Positions 19,778 to 34,747 are shown, numbered from the stretch's first letter. The stretch: 64,000 bases of DNA from an uncultured Gemmatimonadales bacterium (GCA_963816355.1 CAWFKH010000003.1:768001-832000), one strand, 5' to 3'. Translations and numbers: made by a program. The notes: generated from the sequence alone by a model not told the origin.

Positions 19778-20743
19778 ATGCGACTCTTCCTACAGGCCCA
19801 CTTCGACTTCATCGGCGCGCGCCGCAAGGCGTACGTCGCGAGCGGCACGCTGCTCGTGCTCTCGATCGTCATGGCCCTCGCGTGGCAGGTGACGAAAGGC
19901 TCCTGGCTCAACTACGGCGTCGACTTCACCGGCGGCACGCTGGTCGAGGTCCGCTTCACGCAGCCGACCGACGTATCCACCCTGCGCGCCGCGGTCCAGA
20001 AGGCCATCGCCGGCACCGAGGTCACGCGTTTCGGCGGCGAGAACGAGTATCTGATCCGCGCGCCCCAGTTCGTGGAAGGGACCCAGAACGTCGCCGACGA
20101 GATCGTCGCTGCGATGCGCGCGAGCTATCCGCAGGGCAGCTTCGAAGTCGAGCGGCGCGAGGCCGTGGGGCCGAAGATCGGCAGCGAGCTGCAGCAGAAG
20201 GCGCTGCTCGCCATCCTGCTCTCCTTCACTTTCACCCTGATCTACCTCGCCTTCCGCTTCGAGTGGCGCTTCGGCGTCGCCGCGATCATCGCCACGTTCC
20301 ACGACATGATCCTGACGATGGGGCTCATCGCCGGCTTCCGCCTCGAGGTTTCGCTCACCACCGTGGCCGCCGTCCTCACCATCATCGGCTATTCGCTCAA
20401 CGACACGATCATCGTCTTCGACCGCATCCGCGAGAACCTGAAGGCGACCGGCCGCCGCGAGGACACCGTCACGATCCTCAACCGCTCGATCAACGAAACG
20501 CTGCCGCGCACCGTCCTGACCGCGGGCACCACCGTCGCCACGCTGCTCGCGCTCTTCATCCTCGGTGGGGCGATCATCCGCCAGTTCGCCCTCATCCTCA
20601 TCGTCGGCATCGTCTTCGGGACCTACTCTTCGATCTTCGTCGCTTCGCCCGCCCTCCTCGAGATCGAGAAGCGGTGGGGCGCGCGAAAGTCCGGCGGCCG
20701 CAAGCGTACCTCCCGCACCTCGCGCGCCGGCGCCGGCGTCTAG
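19778..20743 (+). CDS. secF: protein translocase subunit SecF
   Basis: GVDFTGGT, VGPKIGSEL, GYSLNDTIIVFDRIREN, GTYSSIFVA. Confidence 0.97.
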   Translation: MRLFLQAHFDFIGARRKAYVASGTLLVLSIVMALAWQVTKGSWLNYGVDFTGGTLVEVRFTQPTDVSTLRAAVQKAIAGTEVTRFGGENEYLIRAPQFVEGTQNVADEIVAAMRASYPQGSFEVERREAVGPKIGSELQQKALLAILLSFTFTLIYLAFRFEWRFGVAAIIATFHDMILTMGLIAGFRLEVSLTTVAAVLTIIGYSLNDTIIVFDRIRENLKATGRREDTVTILNRSINETLPRTVLTAGTTVATLLALFILGGAIIRQFALILIVGIVFGTYSSIFVASPALLEIEKRWGARKSGGRKRTSRTSRAGAGV

Positions 20744-20839
20744 CAGGCGGCTGAGCGATCCGCGGAGGCCGCCCCGGCGACAGCCGCTGCGCGCCGCCCC
20801 GGGTCCGCCCGCGGCGACTCGCGCCCGTTTCGGCCACCG

Positions 20840-21607
20840 GTGATGCTCTTCGATTCGCACTGCCACCTCACCGACGCCCGCTTCGCGGACGACCTCGACG
20901 ACGTCCTCCGCCGCGCCGCGGACGCCGGCCTCGTCGGACTCGTCACCATCGCCTCCGATGCCGACGACGCCGCCGCCGCCGTCCGCCTCGCCGAACAGCA
21001 CGCGCCGCTGCGCGCCTCGGTCGGCATCCATCCCCACGCCGCCGACGGCGCCGATGACGACGCGTTTCGCCGCATCGCCGAGCTCGCCGCTGCGCCCCGC
21101 GTGGTCGCGCTCGGCGAGACCGGCCTCGACTACCACTACGACAACGCCCCGCGCGACCTCCAGCGCCGCGCCTTCGAACGCCACCTCCGCCTCGCCGCCG
21201 AGTCCGCGCTGCCGGTCGTCGTCCACGCGCGGGATGCCGACGACGACGTCGCCTCGATGATCGCCGCCGCGGGCCCCGGCGTGCGCGGCGTGCTCCACTG
21301 CTTCGCGGGGGGCGACGCCCTCCTCGACACTGCGCTCGACGCCGGCTGGTTCGTCTCCTTCTCCGGCCTCGTCAGCTTCCGCCGCTACGACGGTGCGGCG
21401 CGCCTGCGGCGCGTGCCGCCCGACCGGCTGCTCGCCGAGACCGACAGCCCCTACCTGGCGCCCGTCCCGCATCGCGGACGCCGCAACGAGCCCGCCTTCG
21501 TCAAGGACGTCGTCGCCGCCATCGCCCGCCACCTGGATGAGCCGCCGGACGCCGTCGGCGCGCGCACCGTGCGCAACGCGCGCGCCTTCTACCGCCTGGA
21601 GGCGTGA
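20840..21607 (+). CDS. tatD: TatD family hydrolase
   Basis: DSHCHL, GIHPH, GETGLDYHY, HCF, ETDSPYLAP..RGRRNEP. Confidence 0.93.
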   Translation: MMLFDSHCHLTDARFADDLDDVLRRAADAGLVGLVTIASDADDAAAAVRLAEQHAPLRASVGIHPHAADGADDDAFRRIAELAAAPRVVALGETGLDYHYDNAPRDLQRRAFERHLRLAAESALPVVVHARDADDDVASMIAAAGPGVRGVLHCFAGGDALLDTALDAGWFVSFSGLVSFRRYDGAARLRRVPPDRLLAETDSPYLAPVPHRGRRNEPAFVKDVVAAIARHLDEPPDAVGARTVRNARAFYRLEA

Positions 21608-21608
21608 G

Positions 21609-23447
21609 GTGGCGCGCCGCATCCGCGTGCTGCCCGATGCGCTCGCCAACCAGATCGCCGCCGGCGAGGTGGTCGAGCGGCCGGCGTCGGTCGTGAAGGA
21701 GCTGGTTGAGAACGCGCTGGACGCCGCGGCGACGCGCATCGATGTCTCCATCCGCAACGGCGGCAAGACGGAGATCCGCGTCGCCGACGACGGCTGCGGC
21801 ATCGGGCGCGACGACGCGCTGACCGCCCTGGACCGCCACGCCACGAGCAAGGTCGCGACGAGCGACGACCTGATCGCGGTGCGCACGTTCGGTTTTCGCG
21901 GCGAGGCGCTGCCGTCGATCGCCTCGGTGTCGCGCTTCGTGCTGGAGACGGCCGAGCCGGGCGAGGTCGGCACGCGGGTGCGCGTCACGGGGGGACGCAT
22001 CCACGGCGTCGAGGAGTGCGCGCGTCAGGGCGGCACGACCGTCGCCGCGCGCAGCCTCTTCTTCAACGTCCCCGCCCGCGCCAAGTTCCTGAAGAGCTCG
22101 GCGGTCGAGACGCGGGCAGTGGCGGATGTCGTGATCTCGCTCGCGCTCGCCAACCTCTCGTGCGGCTTCCGCCTCGAGTCGAACGGCCGCGAGTTGATCG
22201 AGCTGCCGCCCGCCAGCGACCTGATCAGCCGCGTCGCGGACCTGTGGGGCGAGGAGACCGCGGTGCGCCTGCTGCCTCTGTCGCGACGCTCCGACGCCGC
22301 CCTCGTCGCGGGCCTCGTCGACCGCCCCGACGCGGCCACCGCCGGTCCCCGCCGCGTCCACCTCTACGTCGCCAACCGCCCCTTCCGCGATCGCGGCATC
22401 GTCTACGCCGCCGAGCGCGGCTTCCGCACCACCGTGCCGCACGCCGCGCGGCCGTCCCTGCTCCTCTATCTCGAGGTGCCCGACGGCGCCGTCGACGTCA
22501 ACGTCCACCCCTCCAAGGCGGAGGTGAAGTTCCGCGACCGCGCCGCCGTCGAGGAGTCGGTCGAGGTCGCGGTCCGCGAGGCGCTCGGCACCCTGGACAG
22601 CGCCGCCCCTCTGGAGCGCCGGCCCGTCCTCCAGCGCCTGACGCGCGTCGACGACGCCACCGCGACGGCGCCGGACCCCGTGGACGCGTCGCCGCGCTCC
22701 CAGTTCGCCCTCTTCGTCGAAGCCGCCGAGCCGGGTGCGGGCGCCCCGACCGAAGCGGGCGAGGCCACGGGGGAAGCGGGCGCGGCCGCGCGTCAAGCGG
22801 ACGGGGCCACGGGTGAAGCGGGCGCGGCGACCGCCGCCGGCCGGGCGGCCTCGCGGCGCGAGGCGGGGACGGCGCCGCTCCTCTGGCAGGTCCACTCCAG
22901 CTACATCCTCGCCGAGACGCGAAGCGGCCTCATCATCATCGACCAGCACTCGGCGCACGAGCGCATCCTCTTCGAGGAGATCATGCGGGGCTTCTCCGGC
23001 GGCGGCGTGGCGAGCCAGCGGCTGCTCTTCCCGCTCACGCTGCGGTTGTCGCCGGCCGAGCTCGCCGTGTTCGAGGAGAATCAGGAGCTCTTCCGACGCG
23101 CCGGCTTCGAGATCGAGCCGTTCGGCGGCCGCACGGTGATCGTGCACGCGGTGCCGGCGCCGCACCGCCGCTTCGAGCCGGAGCGGTGCCTGCGCGAGAT
23201 GGTCGCCGAGCTGGCGGAAGGCAGCGATCTCACGCGCGCCGCGACGAATCAGCACGAGCGCGTCGCCTCCACCTTCGCGTGCAAGGCGGCGATCAAGGCG
23301 GGGCAGCGCCTCTCCCCCTCGGAGATGGGCGAGCTCTTCGATCGCCTCTTCGACACCGCGCTGCCGTATCACGACGTCCACGGGCGCCCAACCGTGATCC
23401 GGCTCTCGCTGCAGGAGCTCGAGCGTCGCTTCGGCCGGCATGGCTGA
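21609..23447 (+). CDS. mutL: DNA mismatch repair endonuclease MutL
   Basis: NQIAAGEVVERPASVVKELVEN, GFRGEALPSI, VDVNVHPSKAEV, endonuclease motif DQHSAHERILFE, ACKAAIK. Confidence 0.96.
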   Translation: MARRIRVLPDALANQIAAGEVVERPASVVKELVENALDAAATRIDVSIRNGGKTEIRVADDGCGIGRDDALTALDRHATSKVATSDDLIAVRTFGFRGEALPSIASVSRFVLETAEPGEVGTRVRVTGGRIHGVEECARQGGTTVAARSLFFNVPARAKFLKSSAVETRAVADVVISLALANLSCGFRLESNGRELIELPPASDLISRVADLWGEETAVRLLPLSRRSDAALVAGLVDRPDAATAGPRRVHLYVANRPFRDRGIVYAAERGFRTTVPHAARPSLLLYLEVPDGAVDVNVHPSKAEVKFRDRAAVEESVEVAVREALGTLDSAAPLERRPVLQRLTRVDDATATAPDPVDASPRSQFALFVEAAEPGAGAPTEAGEATGEAGAAARQADGATGEAGAATAAGRAASRREAGTAPLLWQVHSSYILAETRSGLIIIDQHSAHERILFEEIMRGFSGGGVASQRLLFPLTLRLSPAELAVFEENQELFRRAGFEIEPFGGRTVIVHAVPAPHRRFEPERCLREMVAELAEGSDLTRAATNQHERVASTFACKAAIKAGQRLSPSEMGELFDRLFDTALPYHDVHGRPTVIRLSLQELERRFGRHG

Positions 23448-24390
23448 GCAGGGCAGGGAGGCGATCGCGATCGTCGGCGCGACCGCCACCGGCAAGACCG
23501 CGCTCGCCGTCCACGTCGCCCGCCTCGTCGGCGGTGAGATCGTCTCCGTCGATTCCCGCCAGGCGTATCGCGGCCTCGACATCGGCACCGCCAAGCCGAC
23601 GCCGGCCGAGCGCGCCGCCGTCCCTCACCACGGCCTCGACGTCGTGAGTCCGGACGAGCGCTACAGCGCTGGTGCCTTCGCGCGCGACGCCCGCCGCGCC
23701 GTCGGCGACATCCGCTCTCGCGGCAACGCGCCGATCCTGGTCGGCGGCACCGGCTTCTTCCTGCGGGCGCTCACGACGCCGCTCTTCGCCGAACCCCCGC
23801 TGCCGCCCGACGTGCGGCGGCGTCTCGGCGCGCGGCTCGAGCGGCTGCCGGCGTCGGAGCGCCGCCGCTGGCTCGAACGTCTCGATCCCGGCGCGGCGGC
23901 GACGCTCGCCACGGCCGGCGGCCGCCAGCGCGTGCTGCGCGCGCTCGAGGTCGTGCTCCTCACCGGCCGGCCGCTCGCGTGGTGGCACCGCAACGCACCC
24001 CCGCTGGAGCCGCCGCTGCGGCCGCTCGCGTTCCTGCTCGAGCTGCCGCGCGAGGCGCTCTATCGTCGCATCGACGAGCGCGTACACCGCATGTTCGAGG
24101 CGGGCTGGCTCGAGGAGGTGCGGGCCCTGCTGGACGGCGGCTGGACGGCCGACGCGCCCGCGTTCTCCGCCGCCGGCTACCGTCACCTCGCCGCGCACCT
24201 GCGCGGCGAGATGGACCTCGCGGCGGCGATCGAGAGTATCCAGCGCGAAACCCGGAACTACGCCCGGCGCCAGATCACCTGGTTCCGGCACCAGCTCCCG
24301 GACGACGTCGTTCGCCTCGACGCGACGCGCCCGGTTGAGGAGGCGGCCCGGAAGGTCGCGCAACGATGGGAGGAGGAGGGGTCGTGCTGA
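23440..24390 (+). CDS. miaA: tRNA dimethylallyltransferase
   Basis: GATATGKT, DSRQAYRGLDIGTAKP, VGGTGFFL, TRNYARRQITWF. Confidence 0.95.
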   Translation: MAEQGREAIAIVGATATGKTALAVHVARLVGGEIVSVDSRQAYRGLDIGTAKPTPAERAAVPHHGLDVVSPDERYSAGAFARDARRAVGDIRSRGNAPILVGGTGFFLRALTTPLFAEPPLPPDVRRRLGARLERLPASERRRWLERLDPGAAATLATAGGRQRVLRALEVVLLTGRPLAWWHRNAPPLEPPLRPLAFLLELPREALYRRIDERVHRMFEAGWLEEVRALLDGGWTADAPAFSAAGYRHLAAHLRGEMDLAAAIESIQRETRNYARRQITWFRHQLPDDVVRLDATRPVEEAARKVAQRWEEEGSC

Positions 24391-25508
24391 GGATCGGCAT
24401 CGCCTGCTACCCCGTGTACGGCGGCTCCGGCGCCGTCGCGACGGAGCTCGGCCTCGCGCTCGCCCAGCGCGGCCACGAGGTGCACTTCATCAGCTACGCG
24501 CAGCCGTTCCGTCTGCCGTACTTCGTGGAGCGCGTCTTCTACCACGAGGTCGAGCTGCCCTCCCATCCGCTCTTCGAGCACCCGCCCTACAGCCTCGCCC
24601 TCGCGGCCGCCATGCACAGCACCGCCGTGCGCCGCGACCTCGACATCATCCACGCGCACTACGCCGTGCCGCACGCCACCTCCGCGTGGATCGCCCGTCA
24701 GATGCTCGGCGACACCCGCACCCGCGTGGTCGCCACCCTGCACGGCACCGACATCACGCTGATCGGGCAGGACCCCTCCTTCAAAGAGATCACCCGCTTC
24801 TCGATCGAGCACGCAGATGGCGTCACCGCCGTCTCGCGCTACCTCCGCGACGAGACGGTGCGCGTCTTCGGCATCGCGCCCGAGCGCATCCGCGTAATTC
24901 CCAACTTCGTCGACCTCGACCGCTACAACCGCGACCGCCAGCCGTGCCACCGCTCGAGCTTCGTCGCCGACGGCGAAAAGATCGTCATGCACATCTCCAA
25001 CTTCCGGCCCGTGAAGCGGGTCGACCTCGTCGTGCGCGTCTTCGCCCGCATCCTCCGGGAGGTGCCCGCCCGCCTCATCCTCGTCGGCGACGGCCCCGAG
25101 CGCGGCCGCGCCCTGCAGGCCGCCGAAGAGGAGGGCGTCCAGGGCAGCGTCCTCTTCCTCGGCAAGCAGGAGTCGGTCGCCGAGCTGCTCGCGTGCGCCG
25201 ACCTGTTCCTCCTCCCCAGCGAGTCCGAGTCCTTCGGGCTCGTCGCGCTCGAGGCGATGGCCTGCGGTGTGCCGGTCGTCGCCAGCGACGTGGGCGGCCT
25301 CCCCGAGGTCGTCCCGGTCGGCACCGCCGGCGTGCTCGCGCCCGTCGGCGACGTCGAAACCATGGCCCGGGCCGGCGTCGACTTTCTCTCCGACGCCGAA
25401 CGCTGGCGTGCCGCGAGCCGCGCTGCCCGCGCCGCCGCCACCCGCTTCGACGCGGACGAAGTGGTGCCGCTCTACGAGGCGTATTATCAAGAGGTGCTCG
25501 ACACGTGA
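24384..25508 (+). CDS. bshA: N-acetyl-alpha-D-glucosaminyl L-malate synthase (bacillithiol biosynthesis)
   Basis: IGIACYPVYGGSGAVATELG, HAHYAVPHA, TLHGTDIT, HISNFRPVKR, ESFGLVALEAM. Confidence 0.9.
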   Translation: MLRIGIACYPVYGGSGAVATELGLALAQRGHEVHFISYAQPFRLPYFVERVFYHEVELPSHPLFEHPPYSLALAAAMHSTAVRRDLDIIHAHYAVPHATSAWIARQMLGDTRTRVVATLHGTDITLIGQDPSFKEITRFSIEHADGVTAVSRYLRDETVRVFGIAPERIRVIPNFVDLDRYNRDRQPCHRSSFVADGEKIVMHISNFRPVKRVDLVVRVFARILREVPARLILVGDGPERGRALQAAEEEGVQGSVLFLGKQESVAELLACADLFLLPSESESFGLVALEAMACGVPVVASDVGGLPEVVPVGTAGVLAPVGDVETMARAGVDFLSDAERWRAASRAARAAATRFDADEVVPLYEAYYQEVLDT

Positions 25509-26299
25509 ACCCATACGACGCGATCGTCCTCGGCCTCGTCCAGGGCCTGACCGAGTTCCTCCCCGTCTCCAGCTCCGGCCACCTCGTGATCGCCCAGCAG
25601 CTCCTCGGCGTCCGCGAGCCCGGCGTCTTCCTCGAGGTCACGCTCCACGTCGCGACGCTGCTCTCCGTCGTCGTCGTCTACCGCCGCCGCCTCGGACGCC
25701 TCCTCGTCGGCGTCTTCGCCGGCGACCGCGCCGCGCTCCGCTACGTCGGGCTGCTCGCCCTCGCCAGCGTCCCCGCCGCCATCGTCGGCTTCGGCTTCGA
25801 GAAGCGCGTCGAGGCCGCCTTCGACGCGCCCGCCTTCACGGGTGTCATGCTGCTCCTCACCGGCGCGATCCTGTGGAGCACCCGGCGGCTCGAGAAGACC
25901 CGTCCCGAGGGACCGGCCGAGCCCGGCTGGAGACTCGCGCTCCTCATCGGCTTCGCCCAGGCGTTCGCCATCCTCCCCGGCATCTCCCGCTCCGGCACCA
26001 CCATCACCGCCGGCCTCTGGGGCGGCATGCCCGGCGCCGCCGCCGCCGAGTTCTCCTTCCTCATGTCGATCCCCGCCATCGGCGGCGCCGCGCTCCTCCA
26101 GCTCGGGAACCTGCGCGCCGACGTCGGCCTCATCGGCGCGACGCCCCTCGTCGTCGGCTTCCTCACCGCCCTCGTCGCCGGCGTCCTCGCCATCCAGGCG
26201 CTCGTGTGGCTGCTGCGACGCCAGGAGTTCCACCGCTTCGCCTACTACCTGTGGCCCGCCGGCCTCGCCTACCTCGCCTGGCTCGCCCTCGCCCGGTGA
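25505..26299 (+). CDS. uppP: undecaprenyl-diphosphate phosphatase
   Basis: GLVQGLTEFLPVSSSGH, PGISRSGTT, AAEFSFLMSIP. Confidence 0.95.
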   Translation: MNPYDAIVLGLVQGLTEFLPVSSSGHLVIAQQLLGVREPGVFLEVTLHVATLLSVVVVYRRRLGRLLVGVFAGDRAALRYVGLLALASVPAAIVGFGFEKRVEAAFDAPAFTGVMLLLTGAILWSTRRLEKTRPEGPAEPGWRLALLIGFAQAFAILPGISRSGTTITAGLWGGMPGAAAAEFSFLMSIPAIGGAALLQLGNLRADVGLIGATPLVVGFLTALVAGVLAIQALVWLLRRQEFHRFAYYLWPAGLAYLAWLALAR

Positions 26300-27213
26300 G
26301 CGCCGACCGCGCCCCTGCTGCACCCGCGCCCGCGCGCGACGCCGCGACCGCCGACCTCGTCGACGCCGCGACCGCCGACCTCGTCGACGCCGCGACCACC
26401 GACCTCGTCGACGCCGCGCTTCGCGAGGACATCGGCGACGGCGACCGCTCGACGCTGTGGAGCGTCCCCGCGGACGCGACCGGCGCCGCCTCGATCCGGG
26501 CCAAGGCGTCCGGCGTCCTCGCCGGGCTCGACATCGCGGCCGCCGTCTTCCGCCGCCTGGATCCGGCCCTCCGCGTCGAGAGCCTCGCGCGCGCCGGTGA
26601 CGTGCTGGCGCCCGGCTCCGTCGTGCTGCGCGTCGCCGGGCCGCTCCGCTCGATCCTCACTGGCGAGCGCACGGCGCTCAACTTCCTGCAGCGCCTCTCC
26701 GGCATCGCGACGCTGACGCGCCGCTACGTCGACGGCGTCGCCGGCACCGGTGCGCGCATCCTCGACACGCGCAAGACCACCCCCGGGTGGCGCCTCCTCG
26801 AGAAGGCTGCGGTTCGCGCCGGTGGCGGGCACAACCATCGCTTCGGCCTCTTCGACGCCGTTCTCCTCAAGGAGAACCACATCGCCGCCGCCGGAGGGAT
26901 CGCCGCCGCGCTCGAGCGCGTCCGTGCCGCCGGTTCTGACCTTCCCGTCGAGGTCGAGGTTCGCTCGCTCGACGAGCTCGACGCGGCGATCGCCGCCGGC
27001 GCCCGTCACCTCCTCCTCGACAACATGGATCCGCCCACCCTGCGCGAAGCCGTCCGACGCGCGCGCGCCCGCACCGGTCTCCGCCTCGAGGCCTCCGGCA
27101 ACGTCACCCTCGAGACCGTGCGCGCCATCGCCGGGACCGGCGTCGACGCGATCAGCGTGGGCGCCCTCACCCACTCGGCGCCGGCGCTGGACCTCTCCAT
27201 GCTCCTCGACTGA
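26296..27213 (+). CDS. nadC: nicotinate-nucleotide pyrophosphorylase (carboxylating)
   Basis: ALREDIGDGD, ERTALNFLQRLSGIAT, DTRKTTPG, LKENH, LLDNM, SVGALTHS. Confidence 0.95.
   Translation: MSADRAPAAPAPARDAATADLVDAATADLVDAATTDLVDAALREDIGDGDRSTLWSVPADATGAASIRAKASGVLAGLDIAAAVFRRLDPALRVESLARAGDVLAPGSVVLRVAGPLRSILTGERTALNFLQRLSGIATLTRRYVDGVAGTGARILDTRKTTPGWRLLEKAAVRAGGGHNHRFGLFDAVLLKENHIAAAGGIAAALERVRAAGSDLPVEVEVRSLDELDAAIAAGARHLLLDNMDPPTLREAVRRARARTGLRLEASGNVTLETVRAIAGTGVDAISVGALTHSAPALDLSMLLD
26338..26418 (+). repeat. in-frame 24-bp tandem repeat (3+ copies) in the nadC 5' end
   Basis: GACGCCGCGACC(G/A)CCGACCTCGTC three times plus a partial copy; encodes DAATADLV. Confidence 0.9.
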
Positions 27214-27217
27214 CGCC

Positions 27218-28063
27218 GTGGACGCCCGCGACCTCACGCTCTGGGAGGGCCGGCCGGTCGACGCGTGGCGGCGGCTGTGGTCCGTGCCGGCGCTGCGCAT
27301 CGTCGCTTCGATCGGATCCACCAACGACGCCGTCCGACACCTCGCCGAGCGCGGCGCGCCCGCCTGGACCACCGTCATCGCCGACGAACAGACCGCCGGC
27401 CGCGGCCGCCGCGGCCGCCGCTGGCACGCGCCGCCCCGGACCGGCCTCCTCATCTCCGTCCTGGTGCGGCCGCCCGCCGCCAGCGCGCCCTGGCTCGGCA
27501 CGCTCCCCCTGCGCGCCGGCCTCGCCGCCATCCGCGCCGTCGCCGCCACCGCCCCGGTACGCGCCGGCCTCAAGTGGCCCAACGACCTTCTCGTCGACGG
27601 ACGCAAGCTCTGCGGCGTCCTGTGCGAGGCGGCCACCGCCGGCGCCGGCGCCTACGTCGTCGTCGGCATCGGCATCAACGTCGCCCTCCGCCTCGAGGAA
27701 CTCCCGCCCGAGCTCCGCGAGCGCGCCACCTCGCTCCGCATCCTCACCGGCGCGCCCGTCTCCCGCGCGGCGCTCGCCGGCCGCCTGTTCGACGAGCTGC
27801 GCGGCCTCGCCGGCGACGGCTTCGGTCCCCTCGAGGGCGACGTCGCCGCCGAGCTCGCCGCTCGCGACCTCCTGCACGCGCGCCCGCTGCAGGCCGCCGA
27901 CGGCGCCCCACTCGGCGTCGGCGCCGGCTTCGCCGCCGACGGCGCCCTGCGCGTACTCGACGCGGACGGCCGCACCCGCTACATCACCGAGGCCGGCGTG
28001 GCCGACGCGGGCGTGCGCCCGGCCGCCCGCGCGTCCACCGGCGATTCCACGGAGGTGTCATGA
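27218..28063 (+). CDS. birA: biotin--[acetyl-CoA-carboxylase] ligase without an N-terminal HTH
   Basis: STND, QTAGRGRRGRRW, LKWPNDLLVDGRKLCGVL, GIGINV. Confidence 0.92.
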   Translation: MDARDLTLWEGRPVDAWRRLWSVPALRIVASIGSTNDAVRHLAERGAPAWTTVIADEQTAGRGRRGRRWHAPPRTGLLISVLVRPPAASAPWLGTLPLRAGLAAIRAVAATAPVRAGLKWPNDLLVDGRKLCGVLCEAATAGAGAYVVVGIGINVALRLEELPPELRERATSLRILTGAPVSRAALAGRLFDELRGLAGDGFGPLEGDVAAELAARDLLHARPLQAADGAPLGVGAGFAADGALRVLDADGRTRYITEAGVADAGVRPAARASTGDSTEVS

Positions 28064-28833
28064 TCCTCGTCTTCGACGTCGGCAACACCGAGACCGTCCT
28101 CGGCCTCTTCGACGACGATCGCCTCGACCGCAGTTGGCGCATCTCGACCAACCCCGATCGCACAGCCGACGAGCTCGCCCTCCTCGTGCGCGGCCTCATC
28201 CGTGACTCCGGCGCCGACCCCAACGCCGTCCACGGCGCCGCCGTCGCCTCCGTCGTGCCCGTCGTCACCCACACCGTCGTCGCCGTTTGCGAACGCCTCG
28301 CCCCCCGGCCCCCCGTCGTCGTCTCCGCCGCATCCCCGCTGCCCATCCGCATCGACATCGACGAGCCCCTCACCGTCGGCGCCGACCGCGTCGTCAACAC
28401 CCTCGCTGCCGCCCGCCTCTTCCACCGCGACACCATCGTCGTCGATCTCGGCACCGCCACCACCTTCGACTGCATCTCCGCCGACGGCACCTTCATCGGC
28501 GGCATCATCGCTCCCGGCGTCCGCACCGGCGCCGAAACCCTCGTCCGCCGCACCGCCAAACTCCCTCACGTCCATCTCGAACGGCCCCGCTCCGTCATCG
28601 GACGCCGCACCGACGCCGCCCTCCACAGCGGCATCTTCTTCGGCGCCGTCGCCGCCATCGACGGCATCGTCCTCCGCATCCGCGAGGAGTGGAAACGCCC
28701 CGATGCCCTCGTCGTCGCCACCGGTGGCCTCGCCTCCGTCCTCGGCCCCCACTGCGACAGCGTCGAGCGCGTCGAGCCCTTCCTCACCCTCCACGGCCTC
28801 CGCCTCGCCTACCCCCTCCTCGCCGGCGACTGA
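28060..28833 (+). CDS. coaX: type III pantothenate kinase
   Basis: DVGNTETV, VGADR, VDLGTATTFD, GGIIAPG, VATGG. Confidence 0.95.
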   Translation: MILVFDVGNTETVLGLFDDDRLDRSWRISTNPDRTADELALLVRGLIRDSGADPNAVHGAAVASVVPVVTHTVVAVCERLAPRPPVVVSAASPLPIRIDIDEPLTVGADRVVNTLAAARLFHRDTIVVDLGTATTFDCISADGTFIGGIIAPGVRTGAETLVRRTAKLPHVHLERPRSVIGRRTDAALHSGIFFGAVAAIDGIVLRIREEWKRPDALVVATGGLASVLGPHCDSVERVEPFLTLHGLRLAYPLLAGD

Positions 28834-28922
28834 ACCGCTGCCAATTTGACAACGCGGACCTGCCTCTCTGGCACTTCGCCCGGGCACGCCGTCTGCCTTC
28901 GCCCGCCCCCGGCCGCGGCCGC

Positions 28923-28951
28923 TTGACAGGCACCGTCCGCCGCCCCATACT
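28923..28951 (+). promoter_or_regulatory. sigma70-type promoter of groESL
   Basis: TTGACA-N17-CATACT immediately upstream of the CIRCE element. Confidence 0.8.
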
Positions 28952-28961
28952 CACACGTGCA

Positions 28962-28988
28962 TTAGCACTCGGCGGCGTTGAGTGCTAG
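28962..28988 (+). promoter_or_regulatory. CIRCE element (HrcA operator)
   Basis: TTAGCACTC-N9-GAGTGCTAG, one mismatch to the consensus TTAGCACTC-N9-GAGTGCTAA. Confidence 0.95.
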
Positions 28989-29030
28989 CAGACCGCGCCG
29001 ACTCGAACCTTACCCAATAGGAGGACTGCT

Positions 29031-29339
<309 letters not shown>

Positions 29340-29383
29340 GCGGTCCGCTGGAACGGAATGCGAAGCAGACAACCACGCGATAG

Positions 29384-33651
<4,268 letters not shown>

Positions 33652-33753
33652 CGGCGCGTAGCAGCGCGGGGGCGGTCCGGGGAGCGTCGTCGTCCCGGCG
33701 TCGCGGGCGCGGGTCCCTCGGGTGGCACGAGGCAGGTCGAACGGCGCGATCCG

Positions 33754-34633
33754 CTACAGCCGGAAGCTCTGCAGCAGCCGCTTCTCGCTCTCGCCCTCGA
33801 TGTGCGCTTCGACCTCGAAGTACGCCTCGAGGCCGCTGCCGGCGAGCTTGTCACGGAAGAGTTGATCGACCTGGAAGACGCCCGCCGAGTTGGACATCTC
33901 GATCACCAGCCGGATCGGCACGCTCGCACCCTTTTCGATGCTGACGCTCTCGATCGCGGCCGCGGAGATCGAGTGGATGCTCGTCGACCCCGCGCGGAAG
34001 CTGATGCGCGAGCGCCCCTTCGCCATGTCGAGCGCGTCGGCGATGCGGACCACGCCCGCCTCCAGCGTCAACGGCTTGCCGCCCGAGCGGTGCGCGATGA
34101 TCGCGTGCAGGATCTCGGAGCGCACCGCGGTGGCGGTGCGGACGTCGTAGATCTCGGCGAGCAGCTCACGCAGCTTGTCCTGGATCACGAAGAGCGAGAA
34201 GCCCTCGTGGTCGGCGCGGTGGATCGACATGCCGAGGTCGTGGAACAGCGAGGCGAGCGCGACGACGACCTCGGCGTCCTGCGTCGACAGCGCGTAGTTG
34301 CGCGCGACCGACGGCTCGATGCCGGCGTCGACCAGCAGCCGCAGCAGCTTCACGGCGATGTTGGTGACGATCTTGACGTGGACCGGGCCGTGGTCCGTCA
34401 TCCCGAGCCGCTCCATCGCGTTCACGTTCGCGACGAGCCAGAGCGCGTACAGCTCGTCGTCCGCGTTGATCAGCTCCAGAAGCCGTCGCAGCTTGGGATT
34501 GTGCCGATCCGGGCACCGTCATCTCGACGCGGTGCTCGAAGCGCTCCGGGATCGTGCGCGGAGCGACGCCGGTGGGCACGTCCCCGCCGGCCTGCGTCGG
34601 GTCCGTCGCGAAGCCGCCGGTTTCCTCGCTCAC
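33754..34633 (-). CDS. HD-domain phosphohydrolase; apparent frameshift near 34511
   Basis: DHGPVH, SLFHDLGMSIHR..H, IAH, VRIADALDM; upstream GGAGGAGGA RBS and GTG 34633 lie in an adjacent frame joined at VP/DRHNPKL. Confidence 0.82.
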
Positions 34634-34747
34634 TCCTCCTCCTCCCGCCCGTGCGAGCGGCCCGTCCGACGCGGACGCACGCGGCTTGCAGTCCGTACGA
34701 AGGCTACGATTCCTTCCATCGATCGAACCTCGCAGCGAGAGTGAGCC

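Noticed and set aside
28834..29030. Chromosomal replication origin at the skew switch
   Set aside because: No DnaA-box cluster, AT-rich unwinding element or dnaA/dnaN nearby; the skew decays within a few kb and recurs elsewhere in the window.
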